Shown here piece by piece: positions 8,445 to 16,457 of a stretch of 32,000 bases of DNA. Origin of the DNA: Zestosphaera tikiterensis. Its GTDB lineage: Archaea > Thermoproteota > Thermoprotei_A > Sulfolobales > NBVN01. Position 1 is the stretch's first letter; every line of letters starts with the position of its first letter. A program made the position numbers and the translations under genes. Below the pieces are notes generated by a model. That model saw only the letters and a program-made list of their open reading frames with translations, was not told where the DNA came from and ran no database searches. The stretch is from contig NBVN01000004.1 in NCBI GenBank assembly GCA_003056265.1, positions 180,001-212,000 on the forward strand. The letters run 5' to 3'.

Positions 8445-8589
8445 GGAGATCGTTGGTTAATTAACTACTAATTGTGAGGTTTCTATGATTATGCAGCTTT
8501 GCTTCAGTGGTTATTGCGTTGCACATTATAAATATGGATGTTAGTATTTGAAGTTGGTGGTAGAGCGTTTTTTAAGGGTTTGAGTTGCT

Positions 8590-9699
8590 ATGTCGGGTGG
8601 TGGGGATAAGGAGAGGAGAGTTAAGGAAATTGATGCTGAGTTAGAACGTGTTGAAGAGTATCTTAAGAAGACTGTGGTGGGTAGGTGTGAAGTTCACCAG
8701 ATTACGTTAGGGATGGTTGTTCACAGTGGTTGTGTTTTGAAGTGTTTTGAATGTAGTCATTACGATACTTTAGAGCTTTACCGGAGTTATGGGGAGGTAG
8801 TGAAGGAAGCAGAGAAATATGCCTCGATTTTAGACTCCCTTAGGGAGGAGAGGGCTTCACTCATAAAGTCTGGTGAGGATAGGTTTGATGAGGGGAAGTT
8901 TTACTTAGCTGGGTCTAGACATTGCTGTGAAGGGGTTGTCGCGACCGTTGAGGAGAAGCCTGAAGGATATGTGGTCATAGGTCTTAAAGACGCTAAGGTA
9001 GGTGAGGAAAGGTTTAACTTCATATATGCGAGGATATCGAGAAGGACCTTCCTAACATATAAAGACGTGTTCACACCACATACTAAGTTAAGGTTCCGTG
9101 CTGAAGCATACCTTAGGAACGTTGGTACGTACTACGAAAGCATAGCGTTAAGGAGGGTCTCCACACTTGAAGTGGAGAGGGATGGGTTGTGGGTTAAACC
9201 GGAGAAATCAGGTCTAGAGGATTTAAAGCAGGAACTCCTTAAAGAGAGGGAATCCCTTAAAACGTATGTTGAGCAATGGATGAGTTACGTTAAGGAAAGT
9301 TCTAACGCGTTTTTATATGGCAGAGGGATTGCTGTAGCTTTAAAACTTGCGAGGAAATCCCGCGATGTAGAGTACGTTAAGGAGGTGGAGACTGACTTAA
9401 AGGAACTCATTAAGAGCTGGTTAAGCAGTACAGCATCGCTTAACGTAGTTAGCATTGAAGAATTAAGTAGGGTGTTAGGTGTGAAGATTAAAAGAAGAAG
9501 CGGTAAAGCAGAAGCTTTAAAAGACGTATTACTTAAACCTTCAGAAGAAGACGTTGAGGAAGTAATGAACGCAGCCGTTAAGATTTTCAAATATGTGCGG
9601 CGTGAGAGTGAAAGAAGAGCTCAAGACCTAGAGTGGAGGAAATTCCTTAAACAGAAGGTGTTAACTCTAATTCAAAGAGGTCTTGAAGGAAGTAAGTAG
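8590..9699 (+). CDS. Hypothetical protein, charged/coiled-coil-rich with an N-terminal Cys/His cluster
   Basis: 369-aa ORF preceded by a GA-rich stretch. It carries CEVHQ...HSGC...CFEC near the N-terminus. I do not recognise a family. Confidence 0.5.
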   Translation: MSGGGDKERRVKEIDAELERVEEYLKKTVVGRCEVHQITLGMVVHSGCVLKCFECSHYDTLELYRSYGEVVKEAEKYASILDSLREERASLIKSGEDRFDEGKFYLAGSRHCCEGVVATVEEKPEGYVVIGLKDAKVGEERFNFIYARISRRTFLTYKDVFTPHTKLRFRAEAYLRNVGTYYESIALRRVSTLEVERDGLWVKPEKSGLEDLKQELLKERESLKTYVEQWMSYVKESSNAFLYGRGIAVALKLARKSRDVEYVKEVETDLKELIKSWLSSTASLNVVSIEELSRVLGVKIKRRSGKAEALKDVLLKPSEEDVEEVMNAAVKIFKYVRRESERRAQDLEWRKFLKQKVLTLIQRGLEGSK

Positions 9700-9852
9700 T
9701 GAATTTAATGAACGTTAAACCAACGGTTTTCTAACGCGATGAGGCTGTAGCGGAACCTAACGTTGGTGGAGGTCTATATGTTTTAAGCATAGCTAAATAA
9801 ACAAAAACCTAGGATGTATATTAAAGGGAGGAGGTCAGGGGAGGTAGTTTAA

Positions 9853-10380
9853 ATGTTTAATTTGATAGTGATTCACGAGCCGGGTTCAGACAATTGGAGG
9901 TGGGTTAGGAATCAGTTAAGGCAGCTTTTAGGTTCTTCAGCGAGATACATATCTTCATATCAGTCCGTAATTCTATATTCAGTTGATGGAGACCCTCACG
10001 TAGTTGCTGAAGATATTAGGGGGAAGTTAGCCGTTAGCGGGACGCCAGTAATTAGGGTTATCCCCGTTGACGTGGTTGTTGAGCCCTACATAGATAAAGT
10101 AGTTAAGGCAGTTAAGGAGTTAGCTGTTAAAATACCTCCTAACGACACGTTCAGGATAACTATGCAGGGCCATATCTTCGGCTACACGTCAGAGGGTAGA
10201 AGGTATTTAATGCATACCTTGGAAGCCATTAAAGAGATTGCGGAGTATGTCGACAGGCCTGTAAACCTTGAAAACCCGTCGTGGGTCTTACTAATTAAAG
10301 TCGTTAAGTTCATGAGGGGTAGGAGGTTAGCGAGCATATCGCTTCTTAAGCCTGAAGAGTTAAGAAGGATTGCGGTGTAG
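9853..10380 (+). CDS. Small conserved protein, possibly a THUMP-domain RNA-binding protein
   Basis: 175 aa. The pattern FRITMQG...VNLENPSWVLLIKVV resembles stand-alone THUMP proteins. A strong SD (GGAGGT) lies 8 nt upstream of the ATG. The family assignment is tentative. Confidence 0.4.
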   Translation: MFNLIVIHEPGSDNWRWVRNQLRQLLGSSARYISSYQSVILYSVDGDPHVVAEDIRGKLAVSGTPVIRVIPVDVVVEPYIDKVVKAVKELAVKIPPNDTFRITMQGHIFGYTSEGRRYLMHTLEAIKEIAEYVDRPVNLENPSWVLLIKVVKFMRGRRLASISLLKPEELRRIAV

Positions 10381-11788
10381 GTTTGTGAGGAGGCTCTTCG
10401 GAACCGCAGGCATTAGAGGTCGTTACCCTGACGAGATAAACCCTCAATTAATAGCTGAGGTTTCAGCCTCTATAGCGACGTTCTTTAAAGCCCGTAAATG
10501 TGCTTTAGGCGGTGACGGCAGACTCACGACACCCATACTTAAGCATTCAGCAACCGTAGGTTTAGCCAGCGTAGGTGTTGACGTGATTGACGTGAGTTTA
10601 ACGCCCCTACCCGTCCTAGCATGGAGTACTTCCAAACTTAAGTGTGACTGCGGTGTTTACATAACGGCTTCCCACAACCCACCACAGTATAACGGCTTGA
10701 AAGCCTTCCGCGGGGACGGTATGGAATTACTTGAGGACGACGAGGTTAGGGTTGAGGAGATTTACTTCAGCAGGTCTTGGTCTTCGGTTGAGTGGTTTAA
10801 AGTAGGTCATGTTGAGATCGTTCCTTACGTAGTTGATGAGTACGTTGCTGAGCTTACTTCAAGACTTACACCTAAGGAAGTTAAGTTAAAACCTAAGGTT
10901 TTAATTGACTTAGCCAACGGCGCCGCGTCTTTAGCCACGCCTAAAGTGCTTGAAGGTCTGGGAGCGCACGTTATAACGCTTAACGCAAACATCGACGGTA
11001 GATTCCCAGGCAGGAGTCCGGAGCCAAGATCGGATGTTTTAAAGCCCTTCCTACCAGTTGCGAAATCTTTAGGTGTTGACGTGTTTCTAGCGCATGATGG
11101 GGACGGTGATAGATTAGCTGTTTTAAGCCCTAACTTAGGGTTCATCAAGCAGGATAGGGTAATAGCCCTTCTAGCCAAGTACGTTTTAAGTGTGAGGAAA
11201 GGCTCTGTCGTAGTCTCTATAGACGTAGGTAACGCAGTTAAAGACGTTGTTGAGTCTTTAGGAGGTAAGTTAATAGTGGTTAAGCTGGGTTTAACTCATG
11301 AGGGGCTGGTTAAGCATGGAGACGTAGTTATGACTGCCGAGCCTTGGAAGTTTATAGACCCTAGCTGGGGTCCTTGGGTGGATGGAATCTATAAAGCATC
11401 GTTGATAGTTAAGCTAATGATTGAGGAAGGTAAAAACATAGATAAGTTAATGGAGGGTATACCAAACTACCCTCAAGCTAGGATATCAGTTGAGGTTCCG
11501 AAGCATTTGAGGGAGTACGTATATGAAGCACTTCAGAATAAGCTCCTAGAGGGTGGTAGAGGTATTTCAGAAGTCATAACTATAGACGGCTTAAGAGTTA
11601 ACTATCTTGACGGCTCGTGGATGTTGATTAGAAAGTCAGGTACGGAGCCTAAGATAAGGATCTACGGAGAGTCCCTAACATTCAACGAGTTGAAGAAGAG
11701 GGTTGACGATCTAATCGTAGTCGTTGACAAGGTTTTAAAGGATAGGGGGGTTCACGAATTTAAAGTTGAGGGTGAAGTACTTCCTTAA
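10370..11788 (+). CDS. Phosphoglucomutase/phosphomannomutase family (archaeal PGM/PMM or GlmM-like)
   Basis: LFGTAGIRG; active-site serine loop ITASHNPPQYNGLK; metal loop AHDGDGDR; phosphate loop RKSGTEPKIRIY. The start is either TTG at 10370 or GTG at 10385. Confidence 0.9.
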   Translation: MRCRFVRRLFGTAGIRGRYPDEINPQLIAEVSASIATFFKARKCALGGDGRLTTPILKHSATVGLASVGVDVIDVSLTPLPVLAWSTSKLKCDCGVYITASHNPPQYNGLKAFRGDGMELLEDDEVRVEEIYFSRSWSSVEWFKVGHVEIVPYVVDEYVAELTSRLTPKEVKLKPKVLIDLANGAASLATPKVLEGLGAHVITLNANIDGRFPGRSPEPRSDVLKPFLPVAKSLGVDVFLAHDGDGDRLAVLSPNLGFIKQDRVIALLAKYVLSVRKGSVVVSIDVGNAVKDVVESLGGKLIVVKLGLTHEGLVKHGDVVMTAEPWKFIDPSWGPWVDGIYKASLIVKLMIEEGKNIDKLMEGIPNYPQARISVEVPKHLREYVYEALQNKLLEGGRGISEVITIDGLRVNYLDGSWMLIRKSGTEPKIRIYGESLTFNELKKRVDDLIVVVDKVLKDRGVHEFKVEGEVLP

Positions 11789-12476
11789 TATCTTCATCGA
11801 ATTCTATGATGTACTTAACGCTTCTATTCCCTTCTCTTATCCTACCTAAAGCTTCAGCAGCTAAAGTAAATGCTTTCCTCGGGTTTTTAGAGACGCCAAC
11901 ACCTACTTTAACCCCGTCTGCCTCTATAAGCACGTTTAACACGTCGTTTAAGTTTTCTAAATCCGCTATAACTACTAGGTTATCGCCTCCTAAATATTGC
12001 GTTATGGCCGTCCTATAGAGCTTCGTTATGTAGGTATGCACTAACTTCATCACCTCTACGTAGGATCTATAAACACCTAAGCCTTTAGTCATCTCCGTAA
12101 AGTAGTTTAAATCTGCGTGAGCGACCACTATAGGTTCTGAAACGCATGTGTTTGAAGTTGATGGTCTGTTTAAACCCTCCACCACTTCCTTAATCTTACC
12201 GCAGAAGATGAGGACGTTAACTAGTGTTGGGGCGTAATGCTTTAAAGCTTCAACCAAGCCTTTAGTGAACTCCTCTTTATCTATGTTTTCGGGTAGTAAC
12301 GCTAGTTGATAATCAAATCTTAAAGGTAGTGCGAGGCCTCCGAAGCTAGCTACGTAGTTTTGAATTACCTGATAGTTTTTAGCCTGTGTTAACTGTATAA
12401 TCCACTCCCTATCATTGCCTAACGATTCAGTCCACTCTCTATAACCTACGAACTCTATGTAAGCTATTGAAGGCAT
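11760..12476 (-). CDS. gch3: GTP cyclohydrolase III (archaeal riboflavin/F420 pathway, MJ0145-type)
   Basis: It matches the remembered MJ0145 pattern in four places. IEFVGYREWT...DREW corresponds to IQIDNYGPWT...RRES. VVAHADLNYFT corresponds to IAHIDINNIT. YLGGDNL corresponds to FIGGDNF. The C-terminal HPQL corresponds to HPQF. It lies adjacent to ribH. Confidence 0.8.
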   Translation of the reverse strand: MPSIAYIEFVGYREWTESLGNDREWIIQLTQAKNYQVIQNYVASFGGLALPLRFDYQLALLPENIDKEEFTKGLVEALKHYAPTLVNVLIFCGKIKEVVEGLNRPSTSNTCVSEPIVVAHADLNYFTEMTKGLGVYRSYVEVMKLVHTYITKLYRTAITQYLGGDNLVVIADLENLNDVLNVLIEADGVKVGVGVSKNPRKAFTLAAEALGRIREGNRSVKYIIEFDEDIKEVLHPQL

Positions 12477-12487
12477 TAGTCACTCCT

Positions 12488-12940
12488 TCAATCAATCACT
12501 ATAGACTGACCTTTATATTGAGTCGTTCGTAACTTACTAACTCGCTTAACCATCTTAACAGCCGCTTCAACAGCCCTCCTAGCGTAGTCTTCAACCCTCT
12601 CCAACGCTTGAGATCTTGAAGCGCCGGGACCTATTATCCCTAAAGTTACTGGTTTGCCTGACTCCACACTTATATCCATGACCTTCCTGGCTGCTTGATG
12701 ACCTACAACTTCATCGTGTTTCGTCTCACCCTGTATAATAGCCCCTAAAGTAACCACCGCATCTACGTCGTCTTTAGCCACTAACTCCTTAACGGCTAGA
12801 GGTATTTCAAAAGATCCAGGTACTTTAACAACATAAGTAACTTCAGCCCCTAAGAATGAAGCGTGGTCTAAAGCCTTCTGAAGCATTAAAAACGTTATGT
12901 CGTAGTTAAACTCAGCCACTACCAACGCAAGCCTAACCAT
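12488..12940 (-). CDS. ribH: 6,7-dimethyl-8-ribityllumazine synthase
   Basis: [27 protein letters not shown] and [21 protein letters not shown] chose the start at MVRLALVV; the ORF track extends to 12973. Confidence 0.9.
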   Translation of the reverse strand: MVRLALVVAEFNYDITFLMLQKALDHASFLGAEVTYVVKVPGSFEIPLAVKELVAKDDVDAVVTLGAIIQGETKHDEVVGHQAARKVMDISVESGKPVTLGIIGPGASRSQALERVEDYARRAVEAAVKMVKRVSKLRTTQYKGQSIVID

Positions 12941-13040
12941 GTTAACCCACCTAAAACTAAAAGACATAAGCAAATTTAAGTAGTTGACGTTAAATATCTC
13001 TCCAGTAAGCTTCTTAACAAACCTTACGCGAAAAAGCTCT

Positions 13041-13377
13041 TTACGTTTGGGAACCTTCTTTACTGATTCCCTCCAGGAACTTCTGTATTTTTTCCTTAGG
13101 TAGTGAAAGTAAAGGCTTCTCTGGTAGGATGCCTTGAGGTCTGAATAACGCTATAGCGACTATAACCAACCCCACTAATATGTATTCAAGCCATTCAGGC
13201 GCTATAGGCAATACGGCTGAGATAACGCCTTTATACACGTATATCATCGTTCTAACAACAACAAACGTTAAAACACCTAAGAACACACCTACGTTGTTTC
13301 CTGTACCGCCAAGCATCATGAAAGCCCAAGGCCAGAAAATCCACGTTAACCTAGTGTAGGTTACCAACCGAAAGCCT
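13041..13377 (-). pseudogene. livM: C-terminal part of a LivM-type branched-chain amino acid ABC permease, separated from the rest by IS copy 2
   Basis: The sequence is ...VTYTRLTWIFWPWAFMMLGGTGNNVGVFLGVL.... It rejoins in frame with 14821..15237 when 13378..14820 is removed. Confidence 0.7.
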
Positions 13378-14820
13378 CGCCTTTTAAGGCGGGGATGGGG
13401 ATTTTTAAGGTTTTGTATACTGTAGTATATTTCGGGGCTCAGCCGTGGAGGGCTACTCTCAAGCAACCGCACGTCTTCAGGAAGTCTCCGTTCCTACTCT
13501 ATGCTCTCCACGGCTGGTTCCTGTGTATAGGAGAACCTGTGTTGTCCGGCTGATACCAGATAGGGATGCTGAAGCAAAGCTGAAGGCTCTATGTAGTTTA
13601 GCGTCTAAGCTGTGGAATGAGGTTAACTATGCTAGGAGACGCCAGTTCTTCGAGGGTAAAGGAGTCAATATAGAAGAGACATACAGAGAATTCTACGGGA
13701 AGTATAAGGCACTAATAGGTTCGGCAACAGCTCAGCAAGTACTCAATAAGAATAATGAAGCTTGGAGATCCTTCTTCGAATTACTGAAAGCTAAGAAAGA
13801 AGGAAAGCTACCACCATACATAACAAGGGTTAATCCACCCGGATATAAAAAGAGGGGGAAGGTTAGAGAGTTATGGGTTGTGTTGAGAAACGACCAATAC
13901 AGAATTGAGGGAGACAAGATCATCCTGAAAGGATTAGGAGTCATAGGGAGTGTAGAAGTAGGATACAGAGGGTTAATCCACTTAAAGGGTAAGCAGGGCA
14001 GGCTTGAAATACATTACGACCCAGACGAAAGAAGGTGGTACGCATACATATCCTTTGAGGTTGAGAAGAAAGCCATTAGGGGTGTGTGGAGAAAGATTCC
14101 ACAGACACCTAGAGGCGATTTAAGAGCTGGAGTAGATATCGGTGTAAACAACTTGTTCGCAGTATATGTGGAAAACGGTGCATCACTTCTCATTAACGGT
14201 AGACCACTAAAGTCCATGTCCCACTACTGGAGGGAGAAAATTGCCAAATATCAAAGCACTATTAATAAGTATAGAGTTAAATCATCACGAAAGCTTAGGC
14301 TAATGTATAGGAAGTGGCGTAATCAAGTAAAGAGTTTTATGGATACGCAAATTAGAAGACTCGTTGAGCGACTCTACGAGATCGGGGTTTCAACAGTTTA
14401 CGTGGGCTACCCTAAGAATATTGCTCAAGAAAACGGGAACTTCAATAATGTACATGTGTGGAGCTACGGTTATCTGCTGAGGAGAGTAGGTGAAGTCGGC
14501 GAAGAGTATGGGATATCAGTTATATTTGTTGATGAATCTTATACATCTACAACATGCCCAGTACACGGTAATGAGTGTGGAAGGAGGATATCTAGGGGAT
14601 TATTCAAGTGCACAAAGCTAAACAAAATATTCAACGCAGATATAGTTGGAGCACACAACATTCTGGTCAAGGGACTATCCATAACCCCAAGTCCCCGAGA
14701 GGGGATAGGGGTAATGGGCTGGAGACCCAGCCCAGGGCTAAACGAAGCGGATGTAGCCCCAAACCTCCCCGCCCTAACAACATCAAGAACCCTCATCCTT
14801 TAGGACGGGGAGGAGGTCAG
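13378..14820 (+). mobile_element. IS200/IS605-family, tnpB-only (IS1341-like) element, copy 2
   Basis: Removing exactly 13378..14820 restores livM as ...AIYTGSMKA|LVTYTRLTW.... Left end: CCGAAAGCCTCGCCTTTTAAGGCGGGG. Right end: CCTCATCCTTTAGGACGGGGAGGAGGTCAG. Confidence 0.9.
13445..14803 (+). CDS. tnpB: TnpB (IS200/IS605 OrfB), lineage 1, copy 2
   Basis: RuvC-I GVDIGVNNLFAV (D231), FVDESYTSTTCPVHGNECG...FKCTK...FNADIVGAHNIL (D399). The start is uncertain: GTG at 13445, or GTG at about 13523. Confidence 0.9.
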   Translation: MEGYSQATARLQEVSVPTLCSPRLVPVYRRTCVVRLIPDRDAEAKLKALCSLASKLWNEVNYARRRQFFEGKGVNIEETYREFYGKYKALIGSATAQQVLNKNNEAWRSFFELLKAKKEGKLPPYITRVNPPGYKKRGKVRELWVVLRNDQYRIEGDKIILKGLGVIGSVEVGYRGLIHLKGKQGRLEIHYDPDERRWYAYISFEVEKKAIRGVWRKIPQTPRGDLRAGVDIGVNNLFAVYVENGASLLINGRPLKSMSHYWREKIAKYQSTINKYRVKSSRKLRLMYRKWRNQVKSFMDTQIRRLVERLYEIGVSTVYVGYPKNIAQENGNFNNVHVWSYGYLLRRVGEVGEEYGISVIFVDESYTSTTCPVHGNECGRRISRGLFKCTKLNKIFNADIVGAHNILVKGLSITPSPREGIGVMGWRPSPGLNEADVAPNLPALTTSRTLIL

Positions 14821-14836
14821 TGCTTTCATACTTCCT
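14679..14836 (+). ncRNA. Candidate omega-RNA of copy 2 (scaffold plus 16-nt guide TGCTTTCATACTTCCT)
   Basis: This 3' module is conserved with the MITE and copy 1. It contains the stem GGGCTGG-N4-CCAGCCC at 14716-14733. Confidence 0.45.
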
Positions 14837-15237
14837 GTGTATATAGCCCATAAAGCCCCTCCAACCGCGGCCATAGCACCGCCTACGACTAAGGTTTGAG
14901 GCCTTATCTTTACGATGTCCTTACCGTAAACAGAAGCCGCTACTTCAGCGTCTCTAACAGCCTTTAAAACCCTGCCGAAGGGCGATCTGAAGTACCTCTC
15001 TGCTATCAGAAATATGATTAAGGCTATCCCAAGTATTATGAAGGTAGCACCGCTGAACCTAGCGGTACCTAAGAATCTGAAGAAGTCTGGAACGTTAACT
15101 CCGGTAGTACCGCCGACTAACGGTTCGTAATTCCAAGCTATGTTCATTAAGACATCACCGAAAGCTAGTAAGGTTATCCCTAGGTACGCCTCCCTCAACC
15201 TTACTGCTGGATACGCGCATAGGTAGCCGATTAGGCC
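14821..15237 (-). pseudogene. livM: Central part of the LivM-type permease; N-terminus missing
   Basis: The frame reads GLIGYLCAYPAVRLREAYLGITLLAFGD...GGALWAIYTGSMKA. It opens only after a TGA at 15238-15240, and no upstream N-terminal TM region is present. Confidence 0.65.
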
Positions 15238-15349
15238 TCATAGGTGATTTTGCTTACCTGTTAGTGAGTGGAGCGATAAAATATGAGGGAGACCCGCAAG
15301 AGCTCTTAAGCCATCCTGAGTTTGGTAAGCTATACTTAGGCGTTGCTTA
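15227..15349 (+). pseudogene. C-terminal ~40-aa remnant of a LivF/LivG-type ABC ATPase, on the opposite strand to livM
   Basis: The translation IRPHGDFAYLLVSGAIKYEGDPQELLSHPEFGKLYLGVA* fits the typical Liv ATPase tail ending in YLG. There is no upstream ATPase body. Confidence 0.5.
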
Positions 15350-15464
15350 AGACAATAAGCTTTAAAGAATCCTCCATTCTTTTCTTCATAAATTTCGTTG
15401 AGGATATCCTCACGTATTATAGGGAGTTAAAAAGCGTTAAATGCTGTAGTTCAGCATATTTAAG

Positions 15465-16109
15465 TTGGGGGTTGCCTTCGTGGGTGGTAAGGAGGTGTTT
15501 ATACATCCCACTGCGGTAGTTGAGGAAAACGTCGTTATAGGGGCGGGAACGCGTATATGGCATTTCGTCCATGTGAGGAAGGGGGCTAGGATAGGGAGGA
15601 ACTGCAATATCGGTAAGGACGTCTACATAGACGTTGACGTAGTAATAGGGGATAACGTAAAGATTCAAAACTTTGTTTCTGTGTATAGAGGCGTTACGAT
15701 AGAGGACGATGTTTTCGTTGGTCCTCACGCAACATTTACTAACGATCTATACCCTAGGGCCTTCAACGAAAGTTGGGAGTTAATACCGACTAAGGTTAAG
15801 AAAGGTGCTTCCATAGGCGCTAACGCCACGATAGTATGTGGGGTGACGATAGGCGAGTATTCAATGATTGGAGCCGGTGCTGTAGTAACTAAAGACGTCC
15901 CACCACACGCTTTAGTTGTTGGAAATCCCGCTAGAATAGTAGGTTTCGTATGTTTTTGCGGTAGACCATTAAGAGATGAAGACCTCATCGCTAAAGATGA
16001 GAATTCAGTAATTTTTAAGTGTCGATACTGTGGTAAGGAAGTTAAAGTAAGCAAGGAAAGTTATGAAGAGTATTTAAGCAATAAACATCTCAAGCAAACT
16101 GTAAGGTAA
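15465..16109 (+). CDS. Left-handed beta-helix (hexapeptide-repeat) sugar N-acetyltransferase with a C-terminal zinc ribbon
   Basis: Hexapeptide repeats IHPTAVVEENVVIGAGTRIWHFVHVRKGARIGRNCNIGKDVYI... and a C-terminal CFCG...CRYCG. The likely real start is GTG at 15495, after AAGGAG. Confidence 0.75.
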   Translation: MGVAFVGGKEVFIHPTAVVEENVVIGAGTRIWHFVHVRKGARIGRNCNIGKDVYIDVDVVIGDNVKIQNFVSVYRGVTIEDDVFVGPHATFTNDLYPRAFNESWELIPTKVKKGASIGANATIVCGVTIGEYSMIGAGAVVTKDVPPHALVVGNPARIVGFVCFCGRPLRDEDLIAKDENSVIFKCRYCGKEVKVSKESYEEYLSNKHLKQTVR

Positions 16110-16201
16110 CGGCTACACATAACGTCAACCGTCTTTACTTAGTATAGACGATCGTTAATGTTTATTAAGTCCTATTAAACCTCATTAATGAGGTTACATA
16201 T

Positions 16202-16453
16202 ATGAACCGCGATGAAGACTTTATCGAGGTTTACGGTGAGTATATATCACTTAAAGAGTTGGGTGTAGCTACCTTGATCTCCTCGGCCCTAGCCTTCACA
16301 TTTTACTTCATAACGCCCTACATAGCTAGGTCTTTAGGTATGGCTAATGTGGTAGGAGGTCTTACAGTTACGTTAGGCGTTGTAGGAGCTACTTTAGGAT
16401 TTGTGATATCGCTCTTCATGACTAAAGTCAAGAGGGTTGTTGAGGAGGGATGA
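16202..16453 (+). CDS. Small membrane protein (2 TM), possibly an accessory subunit of the downstream transporter
   Basis: 83-aa hydrophobic ORF whose stop lies 4 nt before the downstream ATG. Confidence 0.4.
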   Translation: MNRDEDFIEVYGEYISLKELGVATLISSALAFTFYFITPYIARSLGMANVVGGLTVTLGVVGATLGFVISLFMTKVKRVVEEG

Positions 16454-16457
16454 ACGT

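Noticed and set aside
4102-14820. Composite-transposon interpretation of the two inverted tnpB-only copies flanking 5.6-13.4 kb
   Set aside because: IS200/IS605 elements are not known to mobilise composite units. The copies are only about 80% identical, and the intervening genes (tRNAs, PGM, ribH) are ordinary housekeeping genes.
15417-15728. 103-aa minus-strand ORF upstream of and overlapping the acetyltransferase
   Set aside because: It overlaps the hexapeptide-repeat gene antisense, has an odd Tyr/Asn/Pro-rich composition and shows no motifs.
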